Both the position numbers and the translations under genes were made by a program. This document shows, in pieces, positions 51,302-64,000 of a stretch of DNA of 64,000 bases (position 1 is its first letter; every line of letters begins with the position of its first letter). The notes beneath the pieces are model-generated. The model saw only the letters and a list, made by a program, of their open reading frames with translations, was not told where the DNA came from and did not search any database. The stretch is from Octopus sinensis. Lineage: Eukaryota. The DNA lies in the NCBI RefSeq assembly GCF_006345805.1, contig NC_043010.1, positions 28,148,001 to 28,212,000 of the forward strand. The letters are read 5' to 3'.

Positions 51302-51887
51302 CTATTATTTACTCTTATTATATTACTAATTGAAATTTTCACTCTCTTATGACAACCCATAGTTCTATCTCTAAGGAACTATTTTTGTAATACGCATGGT
51401 AAAATTTTGGAGGGAAAATTGTGGATTCAATCGTCTATATAGGTTTGGCCTATGCTTACTTTCTTCCACTATTCCGATGTCGCCTGCTCAGGAGGTAGAG
51501 GTACGTAGCATTTGAAAAACCTATTTTAGTGGAGGTTTACGCTGATGAAAGACATGGAGTTTATATTCCTAATCCAGAATGCTAGACTTTGCTTTCGTTA
51601 TTTATTCCTTCTGCATTGCATATGTGAATTACAGGGATATGTCGTATGTGGAGTCTCATTTGTAGAAAATAGAAATAAACAGTCTCTGACTGCTATTTCT
51701 AATTTTTTCGGTATGTGGCTAAGCAACCTGTTGCCTGCCTCTTTTATTCATATACAAAATATATATTGAACTTTTATAAAAGTTCCTACCGTTAATGGCT
51801 CTATTTACATGCCGAAATCTACCCGTAAATAATTGTTGTTTTTTTTAAAAACCATTAAAGCAATTATTTACTCTTATTATATATATG

Positions 51888-51984
<97 letters not shown>

Positions 51985-52583
51985 GGCAAGAAGAAAATGG
52001 AGGGGATCCAGAGATAGTATGTATCAACTGTTAGACATTATATTATATCTACTTAATTATTTTAAACAATTCTGAGAATATATATACATATGTAAAGATT
52101 GTGTTTTACATACATAAATAAGTACCAGTAATTTCTAGAAGAGAAAAAGAACAGTTTATTACACCTGTTTCTGCCAAGTTGTTACACTATCCTACGGTAG
52201 ATAAAATTAGGGTACTTGAGTGTGCCTCTAGGCTTCATCAGAGAGTTTAGGAGAGGCACCCGTGGTGGCACATAAACATACTCTGACGTCATACAAATGG
52301 CACCCGTGTCGGTGGCACATAAAAGGACCTATTGCACTCTTGGAGTGATTGGCATTAGGAAGGGCATCCAGCCATAGAAACCATGCCAAATCAGACTGGA
52401 GTCTGGTGTAGCCTTCCAGCTTACTAGCCCAGTCAAACCTTCCAACCCACACTAGTATGGACAATGGACATTAAATGATGATATTAGATAAGTAGATAGA
52501 TAGATAGACAGAGAGACAGACAAACAGATAGATAGCTAGACAGAAAGATAGATAGATAGACAGATAGAAAGACAGAGAGAGAG

Positions 52584-52658
<75 letters not shown>

Positions 52659-53357
52659 TAGATAGACAGATAGATAGACAGATAGAAAGACAGACAGAGA
52701 GATAGATAGACAAACAAAGAGAGAGATAGACAGACAGACAGATACAACTGTTAAACTGCAGTAAATAAAGTGAAGTTATATAAATAAAAGGTTTAAAGTG
52801 GTTTGGCTACTGGACTCACGGTCACAAGATTGTGGTTTGGAAATAGGTGAGGGTTGTGGTTTTGATTCCCAGATTGGAATCAAAATCCTCAGCTATAACT
52901 GATGACCCTGTGAAAGATTGGCATCCTGTCCAGAGAATTTTGTGATTTCAGTCATTTATATGCTATGGAAATCAGGTAATCAGTGCTACGAATCATAACT
53001 CTCAACATAGAATGACTATGAGGATACACACACAAACACACACACATATATATATACATACATATATATATTGTTGTATTTAGGGATGATCTGATCGTTA
53101 GTAAGGAGAGACACACAAATAAGAAAGAAGAAAGCAAAGGACCACTGATGAAGTCATAGAAGTGTGCCGAAAGAACTCTGGCCGAAACAAGATTAAGATT
53201 AATGTAAAAAATAAATAACACTGAAGCAAAGTAACACCAAATATATAGTGCGTGTGTTTTTATTGGCTAAACTGGCAACATGACCATTCCTAAATACAAC
53301 AATATCTGTTTCAACATACGATTTCACATCAAGAATCTTGCAAAACAAATATATAAA

Positions 53358-53404
<47 letters not shown>

Positions 53405-54137
53405 GCTAACTATAATACTTCTACACCAGTCATTGGAGATTACACCTTCCTGAATAACTTGATTGACTATATGGGTGACAGCACTGTATCCTATACCACT
53501 GGATATTTTTTATAATAAATCTCATAGTTTATTATATAAAAGGGTAAAGACTCACTTCACTCATAAATGACCAAGGGTTTGCACCTAGAAATTTCTCCTC
53601 CAAGGCACAAGTGTGGGCAAGGCTGTTTTATGAAAGACCAGCAACCGCCCATGCATACTGGCCTCCCCTCTCCACGCCACCAGTGTTATCCAAGGCAAAG
53701 GCAAAGAGGTCAATACAGCTTGGCACCAGTGACGTCGCAACTCATTTTCTACAGATGAGTGAACTGGAGCAGCGTGAAATAAAGTGTCTTGCTCAAGAAC
53801 ACAACACAGGGAATTGAACTCACTACCTCTTGATTGTGAACCCGATGCTCTAACCACAAAGAGCTTTTTTTGCTTTCATTTTGGTGAAATTTTTACAGGA
53901 AGAGGAAGCAATTTAAGTCAGACATTGTGTCTTTTATCTTCTTAGTCCAATGGATTGACCTCAGCACTTACTTTTTTCTCTTTTAAGCTTAGTGCTTATT
54001 CTATTGGTCTCTTTTGCTGAACAGCTAAGTTATGGGGACATAAACACATCAAAACTAGTTGTTAAGCTGTGGTGAGAAATAAACACTGACAGAAAGATAC
54101 ACACACACACACACGTGTGTGTGTGTGTGTGTGTGTG

Positions 54138-54472
54138 TGAAGGCGCATGGCTCAGTGGTTAGAGTGTCTAGCTTACTATCGTGAGGTTGCGAGTTCGAAT
54201 CCCGGATCGGGCTGTGTGTTTTGTTCTTGAGCAAGACACTTTATTTCACGTTGCTCCAGTTCACTCAGCTGTTGTAATGAGTTGCGATGTCACAGGTGCC
54301 AAGATGTATCGGCCTTTGTCTTAGCCTTGGATAACACTGGTGGCATGAAGATGGGAGGCTGTTATGCATGAGCGACTACTGGTCTTCCATAAACAAACTT
54401 GCCTGGACTTGTGCCTTGGAGGGTAACTTTCTAGGTGCAATCCCATGGTCATTCATGACCAAAGGGGGTCTC
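54138..54472 (+). mobile_element. tRNA SINE with the same core and a third tail (inverted copy at 53548-53855)
   Basis: A box TGGCTCAGTGG, B box GTTCGAATCC, TTCTTGAGCAAGACAC core. Confidence 0.8.
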
Positions 54473-55181
54473 CTCCTCATATATATATATATATACATAC
54501 ACATATGACAGACTTCTTTCAGATTCCATATACCAAATCCACTCACAAGGTTTTAATTGGCCCAAGGCTAAAGTAGAAGATACTTGCCAAAGGTGCCATG
54601 CAGTGGGACTGAACCCAGAACCATGTGGTTGGGAAGAAAACTTCTTACCACACAGCCATGCCTGTGCCTATGTATGAGTAGGTTATATCAGTGAAGATCT
54701 GCCCTCTTTGATTCAGGGTCGAGAGACACTGAAATTAGCTTTTCAGTGTATCCCTGAGTAAGCATGACAGAGAAAGCATTCCAGATTAGTCAGATTAAAC
54801 ATTCTATGCATACTGGAAAATAGATCATGATCCACTAACAAAGGAGTTTATAGAATCAATGCCAAGTAACATGTCAAGTTTTTCTTTTGACTGGTTTCTC
54901 TTTTTCCGTTATGCTAGAAGGAGAAAGTAGGAGCTGTGCTGAAAGAGTTGAAATGGAAAGTAAATATTACAAAGATTGGACAAAAAGATAAGTAGTATAT
55001 TGTCAGGGAGGGAGTCAGCAACTTGTGAGATGAATAATCAAGAATAGGCAGTTACAGTGAGAGGACGAGAGAATAAAATAGTCCAGAGTAGCTTTTGGGT
55101 TTGCTGCCCTTGTTTATGTAACACGCTACATAATACATTATTTACATTTGACAGATATTTGTCCTTATCTTGTTTGTTGTT

Positions 55182-55227
55182 AACACAACGTTTTGGCTGA
55201 TATACCCTCCAGCCTTCATCAGGTGTC
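55182..55227 (-). ncRNA. Hammerhead motif, same family, GAAA mutated to AAAA
   Basis: GACAC-CTGATGA-A-GGCTG..CAGCC-AAAA-CGTT-GTGTT; full stem I (one G-U). Confidence 0.55.
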
Positions 55228-55285
55228 TTGGAGAAATTTCGAATCTGAGTTCTCATTCCTATAGTATTTTTCGATATTATTATTA

Positions 55286-55336
<51 letters not shown>

Positions 55337-55552
55337 TCACTGCCTGGAATCGAACTCGGAATCTTAGGATTAGTAGCCCATGCTCTTAACCACTATGCCA
55401 TATGCTCATGGGTATAATGGTTAAGAGTACAGGCTACTAACCCCAAGATTCCAAGTTCAATTCTAGGCAGTGACCTGAATAATAACAACAACAACAACAA
55501 CATTGAAAAGTACCTCCTTAGGAATGAGAACCTGGGTTCAAAATTTCCCCAA

Positions 55553-55598
55553 GACACCTGATGAAGGCTGGAGGGTATATCAGCCGAAGCGTTGTGCT
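55553..55598 (+). ncRNA. Hammerhead motif, same family, GAAA mutated to GAAG
   Basis: GACAC-CTGATGA-A-GGCTG..CAGCC-GAAG-CGTT-GTGCT. Confidence 0.55.
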
Positions 55599-56693
55599 AA
55601 TAAAAAACAAGATGAGGACAAATATCTGTTAAATGTAAATAATGTGAATAGTGTACATAATTCCTCATCTCTTAAATATAGAATGCTACATAACGTATAT
55701 ATAGTGTTGCTTTTGCCTAACTTCCCCCAAAATATCACCAGCAGCAGACTGCTTTAGCAATATGTTTGTACGGGATACATTATTTATGAATTAATTATGG
55801 TTTGGTTTTAAGGCTGGAACATCTTTGATCATAAGTTTGCTTGAAGCTGGCACTAAACAAAAACAACAACATCCTATCAGTGAGCCATTAAACATACCTG
55901 CTTGCTAGAAATAGTAACCAAATCTCCCTCGAATTACAACGTATTTTTTAAAAAATGTGAGGACACTTGAAGTAGTATAGTCCAAGATACATTATATCAT
56001 GACCATCATCATTTAACATCTGTTTTCCATGCTGGCATGGGTTAGATGGTTTGATGGGAGCTGGCAAGCCAGAAGACTTTGCCAAGCTTTGTCATCAGCT
56101 TTGGAATGGTTTCTATGGTTGGAATGGTTTCTGGTCATAGTTGGAACAACTTTGATTGTGGGTCAGTTTAAACAGGGCTGACTTTAGACTAAACAATAGA
56201 GAGTGAAAGAAAACCTAATACAAGATTAAATCTTGTATAGTGAGGGGAGCTGAATGCAGACATTTTGAGCAAGGGGTCATTTTCGGATCAAACCCCTTTT
56301 CTTTGATGAAGGGACAAAGAACTTATTATGGTTTTATAATAAAGAGAGGTTGACACAGAAGATTAATAAAAAAAAAAACAGAAAAGAAAAGAAAATATTT
56401 ATAAAATCATTTGTGAGGCAAGAGAAAGTATAGAAGACTGGGATGATGAAAATAGATTTATTGATCTGCTGCCTAAGAAGCTGCTGAACACACACAGACA
56501 GAGGAAGGGGGAGAGGGGGAGGAGATAGATGGAGAGAGAGAGAGAGAGAGAGAGAAAAAGAGAGAGAAGTAGAGAGAACAATAGAGACAGATGGAGACAG
56601 AGAGGCAGAGAAGACAGACACATAGATAGATAGGCAGATACACACACACACACACACACATATATACGGATGGATAAGTAGATAGATAGATAA

Positions 56694-56766
<73 letters not shown>

Positions 56767-57360
56767 CAAATAAATAGAGACAGACAGATAGATTATATGG
56801 AGAAGATAGGTAGACAGAGGGATAGACGGACAGATAGATAATTAGCTGGGCAAATAGACAGGCAGACACATAGGCAAACAGATACATAGACTGACAAACA
56901 GGCAGACAAATAAAGAGGAGATACATGGAAAGTAAATAGACATACATACATACATACACACATACATACATACACAGGACAGACAGACAGACAGATGGAC
57001 AGACCGGCAGATATGTAGACAAACAGAATAGGAGATGGAGTGAGGTGGGAGGATAGAGACAGTGTCATTGACTGAAAACAGTGGAGGAAAAGTTAAACGA
57101 AGCTAATGTTTAGAAAAAAACATTTCTCTACCTTTCTATATTAAGTCATGGCAGTACACAATTTCAAAAACAAAGACTACAGCCTCTTTTTCAAGACAAC
57201 GAAGATTGCATAAGCACAATCATTGATTTATTGTGATTAGGCACAAGGCCAATTTTCGTAGGGTATAGGACAAACAGGCAATTTTCATCTTGCCTACATA
57301 CATAGACACACAAGCACACACAAACACACACACACAGGCATATGTGTAGGTATGTGTGTG

Positions 57361-57864
<504 letters not shown>

Positions 57865-58204
57865 GCATGTGTGTGTGTGTCTATGTATACACACATGGAT
57901 ATACATGTATGTTATTGATCCCTGTTTGTTGGACAGATGAAATTTGACCCCCCCCCCGTATGATTTGAATCCTGAACCTAAGGGCGCTCAACTAAATACT
58001 GCATAGCATAAACCAGTCCATTATGATTGTGTTGCCTTGGCTTTGATTTTAAGTAGGCACCAAACGAAAAATGAGCAGACTGTGACTCTTTGCTTTTTTT
58101 CTTTTTTGGTTTTTGAATGGCATCTTTCTCTCTCTCTCTCTGTCTCCCTCATTCATTCACATTTTCTCTTGATCAATATTCTATGGTTGCAGCGGTGTCC
58201 GTAC

Positions 58205-58480
58205 TACACAAAATACCATCATCATCATCACCATTGTCGTCATCATCACCACCATCACGAACACCACCACCACCACTACCATCACCACCACCACCAACAA
58301 CATCGTCGTCATCATCATCATCATCACCACCACCACCACCGTCATCGTCACCATCATCATCATCATTGTCGCCGTCATCGTCATCACCACCACCACCACC
58401 ACCACCACCACCACAATCGTCATCATCATCACCACCATCACCATCATTGTCATCATCATCAACATCATCATCATCATCGT
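58205..58480. repeat. (CAT/CAC)n microsatellite
   Basis: Visible directly; similar tracts at 38560-39070 and 60610-60850. Confidence 0.9.
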
Positions 58481-59023
58481 TTTAATGCCTACATTTCCGT
58501 GCATGCATGGTTTGGATGGAATTTATCTGAGGCAGATTTTCTATGGCCAGATGTCCTTCCTGTTGCCCATCCTCATTTATTTCCAAACGAGTTAATATAT
58601 CTCCATGGCCAGACACATTTTCACAGAGGATCAAAGAAACAAAACGACACCACTTATATGGTGGTGATGCTCACTTACAACTGTCAGGTGATGTCACAAG
58701 AAAGAGACACTCACTCACACCCCAACCCACCCATAAGTGCAGAAATAAAATTTGCTTAGGTGATGCAAACCCAGATCCAACCCAGGAGGTACAAAGCTTT
58801 TTCATAACCCCACTGAAAATTTAGGGGGTGCACTTGCTTGCCCTGCATCCCCTATTTCTGTTCCTATGCACCTACCGAATCCACACACAAAGCTGCGGGT
58901 TGCCCAGGATCTGTAGTAAAAGATACTCGTCCGAGGTGCCATACAGTGGAACTGAACCCAAAACTATGTGGTTGGGAAGCAAACCTCTTAACTACACAGT
59001 CATTCCTGTGTGTTAAATTAAGT

Positions 59024-59437
59024 GGGTGCAGGCATGGCTGTGTGGTAAGAAGCTAGGTTCCCAACCACATGGTTCTGGGTTCAGTCCCACTGCGTGACAC
59101 CTATTATAGCTTTGGACTGACAAAAGCCCTGTGGGTGGATTTGGTAGAAGGAAACTGAAAGAAACCTGTCGTATGTGTGTGTGTTTGCGTGAGTGCGTGT
59201 GTTTGATTGTGTGTGTGTGCACAAACGTGTCTTTGTGCCTGTGTTTGTCCCCCCATCACAGCTTGACAACCAGTGTTGGTGTGTTTATGTCCTTGTAACT
59301 TAGCAGTTCAGTGAAAGAGACCAATGGAATAAATACTAGGCTTAAACAAAAGAAATAAGTAATGAGATCAATTCATTCAACTAAAAATTCTTCCAGGCGG
59401 TGCTCCAGCATGGCCACAAACTAATGACTGAAATAAG
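59024..59437 (+). mobile_element. SINE family B (further partial copies near 11293, 15283, 23425, 29677, 54505, 58845, 59822, 61934, 62186)
   Basis: Aligns with the family. Confidence 0.8.
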
Positions 59438-60610
59438 TGCTGATATGGGGACAAACACAGACACAGTGACACACACACACACAAGCATCATTCGAGCATG
59501 GCCAATGTCAGTGACACCTGACTGGCACTTGTGCCAGTGACATGTAAAAAGCATCATTCAAGTGTTGCTGATGCCAGTGCTACATGAATGGCACCTGTGC
59601 AGGTGGTACGTAAAAAAGCATCATTCGATCATGGCCGATGCCAGTGCCGCCTGATTGGCTCCCGTGCCAGTGATACGCAAAAACCACTCACTACACTCTC
59701 AGAGTGGTCGCTGTTAGGAAGGGCATCCAGCTGTAGAAATGTTGCCAGATCCGATTGGAGCCTGGTGCAGCTTCCTGCCAGGATGGAAAGCGGGCTTTAA
59801 GTGACAATGATGATGATGATGATATACGATGATCTTCTTGAAGTTTCCATCTACCAAATCCACTCGCAAGGCTTTGATCAGCCCGAGGTTGCAGTAGAAG
59901 ACACTTGTCCAAGGTGCCATGCAGTGGGACTGAACCTGGAACCATGTGGTTGGCAAGCAAACATCTTACCATACAACCATATGAAACAAACTAAGCAGAT
60001 TTAGTTACTATTAAGTCGAAGGTAACCCCTGGGTGGAGAAAAGTGTACAGTACAAAAGAGAGGGGGTTGAGAGGAGGTCAGGGCAATGTGCAAAGGAAGG
60101 AGAGTGTGTTCTTTGTTTGTGTTTTTTTTTAAGATGGTTGTGCAGTAAGCTGTGTGGCATAACAGACTGGTATGTTGCGAAACGTAACAAGGCACTTTGT
60201 GCAAATAACAAAAAACTGCATGGAACATTATTTATGCAGGAACGGTATTTACTCACTGACATTAAAAGAAAGAAGGAGAGAGAGAGAGAGAGAGAGAGAA
60301 AAGAGAGAGAAAGGGAGACAGAGAGAGACAGACAAGAAAAGAGAAAGAGAGAGGGAGAAAACAGGTGGGGAGAAAAGCGAGGTAACTCATTGCATTGAAG
60401 ATGAAATGAGGGTATGTTTATCTTTCTCCTTTACAAACAAAATCAAGAAACATTGCCAGAAAAAAAAAAAACCATGAAGATCATATTTCACATAATTTTT
60501 GGCAGTTTTAAATTATTTATATTTAGAGGCTAAAAAAAAAAAAACAGAAAAATATAAATACCATTTATTTTCTTTTTTAGAAATACATCTCTCTTTGCTT
60601 TATATGTGAG

Positions 60611-60645
<35 letters not shown>

Positions 60646-60691
60646 GCTACTGCTGCTGCTGCTGCTTCTTCTATTACTGCTGCTGCTGCTG

Positions 60692-60724
<33 letters not shown>

Positions 60725-60772
60725 TTACTACTGCTGCTACTACTACTACTATACTACTACTACTACTACTAC

Positions 60773-60818
<46 letters not shown>

Positions 60819-61184
60819 CATCACCATCATCATCATCATCATCATCGTCATCGTTTAACGTCCGCTTTCCATGCTAGCATTGGTTGGACGATTTGATTGA
60901 GGGCTGGCGAACCAGATGGCTGCACCAGGCTTCAATCTTGATCTGGCAGAGTTTCTACAGCTGGATGCCCTTCCTAACGCCAACCACTCCGAAAGTGTAG
61001 TGGGTGCTTTTACATGTCACCGGCATGGGGCCAGTCAGGTGGTACTGGCAACGACCTTGCTCGAATCTTTTACACATGCCACCGGCACAAGTGCCAGTAA
61101 GGCGATGCTGGTAATGATCACGCTCGATGATGATGATAGCATAATAATAATGATGATGATGATGATGATGATGATGATAACAAT

Positions 61185-61410
61185 AATAGTTTCAAATTTT
61201 GGCACAAGGCCAGCAATTTTAGGAGAGGGCATAAGTTGATTACATCATCCCCAGTGTTTCACTGGTACATATTTTATCAATCCCGAAAGGATGAAAGGCA
61301 AAGTTGACCTTGGTGGTATTTGAACTCAGAACGTAGTAAAGACAGATGAAATGCTGTTGTTAAGTATTTTGTCTGGTGTGCTAATGATTTTACCAACTCA
61401 ACACCTTAAT
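61185..61410 (-). mobile_element. SINE family G
   Basis: Reverse complement of the family. Confidence 0.75.
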
Positions 61411-61476
61411 TAAATAGATAAATAAATAAATAGATAAATAAATCTTTAAAAAAAATTCATAAAAGGAATTAGTGAA

Positions 61477-61829
61477 GCAGGGTATGTAACTTGAAGGAAT
61501 TTGGTTGCTATTTCTAGCAAGTTTAAGTATTCACATAGAGACTTTACTGCAGCAAGGTGGGTGTCTTGAGGGGGATTTGGTTGCTATGCCTAGGAGTTTC
61601 AAATAACCACACAGAGATTACACAGCAGTGAAGTGTGTGAAGGAGAATCAGTTGCTATTTCTAGCAAGTTCAAGTATCCACATAGAGCATCAGGGTGTGA
61701 GACTTGAGGAAGATTTGGTTGCTATGTCTAGGAAGTTTAAGTACAAAATAGATACTCTACAGTGGCAGGGTGTGTGTAATGAGAGAGATTTGGCTGCTTT
61801 TTCTGGCAAGTTCAAGCATCTACATAGAG
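61477..61829. repeat. Degenerate minisatellite, five units of about 65-80 bp
   Basis: Core ATTTGGTTGCTAT..CTAG recurring. Confidence 0.75.
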
Positions 61830-62103
61830 TTAAGTGGTCACTTTTTGGACAAAGTCCAGCACATGAGTTTAAGCAGATTCTAGAAAGTGCACTACTAAAA
61901 TATACATACATACAATATATACAATACATACATAGGCGCAGGTGTGGCTGTGTGGTAAGTAGTTTGCTTATCAACCACATGGTTTTGGATTCAATCCCAC
62001 TCCATGGCACCTTGGGCAAGTGTCTTCTACCATGGCCTTGGGCTGACCAAAGCCTTGTGAGTGGATTTGGTAGACGGAAACTGAAAGATGTCCAAATACA
62101 TAC

Positions 62104-62176
<73 letters not shown>

Positions 62177-62527
62177 GTATGTATGTGTGGCACCTTGGGC
62201 AAGTGTCTTCTACTATAGCCTCAGGCCAACCAAAGCCTTGAGAGTGGATTTGGTAGATGGAAACCGCTTGACAACTGATGCTGGTGTATTTACATCCCTG
62301 TAACTTAGTGGTTCGGCAAAAGAGACCAATAGAATAAGTACTAGGCTTACAAAGAATAAGTCCTGGGGTAGATTTGCTTGATAAGCCTAGTACTTATTCT
62401 GTCAGTCTCTTTTGCCAAACTGCTAGATTAAAGAGGCATCGGTTGTCAAGTGATGGTTGGGGAACAAACACAGACAGAAAGACACACACATAAATATATA
62501 CATATTTATATACATACACACACACAC

Positions 62528-62570
<43 letters not shown>

Positions 62571-62909
62571 CTGGACCAGCGTCGCCTTACTGGCACACGT
62601 AAAACATTCGAGTGAGGTCATTGCCAGTGCTGCTGGACTGGCTCCTGTGCAGGTGGCACATAAAAAACACCATTTTGAGCATGGCCGTTGCCAGTATCGC
62701 CTGACTGGCCCTCATACCAGTGACACGTAAAAGCACCCACTACACTCTCGGAGTGATTGGCATTAGGAAGGGCATCCAGCTGTAGAAATTCTTCCAGATC
62801 AGATTGGAGCCTGGTGCAGCCATCTGGTTCACCAGTCCTCAGTCAAATCGTCCAACCCATGCCAGCATGGAAAGCAGACATTGAACGATGATGATGATAT
62901 AACTATATA

Positions 62910-64000
62910 TTGAGTCATCCTATAAATAATGTGTTTTTTTTCAATTGCATGAACTAAAAGTTGGAGGGGGACAGGATAAACTACCTGCATCAACTTACTA
63001 TAAAAGCAGGTAGTAATTTTACCTTGTACTTATTTTTAGTGCAAGTTTTGAAGAGTGCAGTTCAATTTTAACAGTTATTTTTTCAAAGATATAATGGAAG
63101 TGACAAAGGAGAATATTCAGCATATTTAGCTTTATGAGTTCAATAAAGGCAACAACACAACAGAAAGTGCGAGGAATATTAAATGCAATATATGGGGATC
63201 GGATAATAAGTGTAAGTCAGTGTCAATGGTGATTCCAGAAATTCTGAGCCGGAAACTACAGCTTAGAAAATGAGCCTTGACCTGAAAAATCTACAGAACT
63301 TGACGAGGACATCCTGCAAACCCTGGTGGAACAAAATCCGATCGTAACTGTTGAGGAACTAGCAGAGAAGCTTGGATTTGGTCATTCAACCATTCATCAA
63401 CACTTGCATGCCATCAGAAATGTCAGAAAATTGGGTCAATGGCTTCCTCACAAACTCTCCAAGTCCAGTTGCATGCAGAGAGTGAATGTGTGGTCTTCTT
63501 TGCTGTCACGACTCACGAATGAACCTTTTTTGGACCGAATAGTCACTGGTGACGAGAAATAAATTCTCTATAAAAATGTCAAGTGCCGAAGACAGTGGGC
63601 AGGGAAAGGAAGAAACACCGGAACCTCAGGCTAAAGAAGGTCTTTATCCACATAAGGTATTGTTACCTGTTTGGTGGGATATGAAAGGTTTAGTCCACTG
63701 AACTTTTAAACCCAAACCAAATGATGAAAAAGGAGATCTACTGTGAGCAGCTTGAGCGGCTTAAGTCAGCGCTAGAAGAACAACGACCATCTTTGGTTTC
63801 AAGACAAAAGGTTTTCTTCTATTAGGATAATGTTCGGCCACATACACCAAGAATGATACTCCAAAGGCTGGAGCAGTTTGAATAGGAAACGATGCCCCAC
63901 CCACCATATTTGCCAGACATTGCCCCATCTGATTATCATTTGTTCTACAGTCTTCAAAATCATTTGGATGGAAAAAATATGAATTCTATAGACAAAGTCA
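62910..64000 (+). mobile_element. Mariner transposase pseudogene, runs off the window
   Basis: ATG at 63094 MEVTKENIQHI*LYEF, RIVTGDEK*, VWWDMKG, HPPYLPDIAPSDYHLF; stops and frameshifts; TA|TTGAGT left end. Confidence 0.88.

Larger units (their letters stand above)
55127..55684. mobile_element. Head-to-head palindromic element, copy 2
   Basis: Same architecture; heads 55333-55407 (-) and 55409-55477 (+). Confidence 0.85.

Noticed and set aside
52899-52915. CTGATGA...GAAA hammerhead-like words
   Set aside because: No stem II, III or I pairing is possible.
56399-57022. 207-aa LSIY-repeat ORF
   Set aside because: Arises from (GATA/GACA)n tetranucleotide repeats.
58037-58759. 240-aa His-rich ORF
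   Set aside because: A (CAT/CAC)n tract fused to an RTE-tail remnant; no domain or splice support.
63326-63562. Mariner ORF as a domesticated SETMAR-like gene
   Set aside because: Multiple stops and frameshifts, no SET exon, TIR-like end present.

Overview
This is repeat- and microsatellite-rich, AT-rich animal genomic DNA, most likely an octopus or other coleoid cephalopod (inferred from the repeat landscape). It holds one recognisable host gene: a minus-strand RhoBTB atypical Rho GTPase. Seven coding exons (36744 to 2011) join through GT-AG junctions in matching phase to give about 634 codons; the last coding exon appears to lie left of the window. The rest is transposon-derived: Dong/R4-type RLE LINEs in (TAA)n tracts, RTE LINEs and many 5'-truncated RTE tails, Tx1/L1, CR1/L2 and I-group fragments, three mariner remnants, Helitron pieces, MITEs and several tRNA-derived SINE families. 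The most unusual observation is a palindromic element present twice (9793-10577 and 55127-55684). Each arm runs tRNA-like Pol III head, (TAA)n, then a minimal type-I hammerhead ribozyme motif with a palindromic stem III, and two arms are joined head-to-head. At least five more hammerhead-like motifs are scattered through the window, one inside a 71-bp foldback. Exon boundaries were read directly from the sequence; repeat boundaries are approximate. No CRISPR array, rRNA or bona fide tRNA gene was found.
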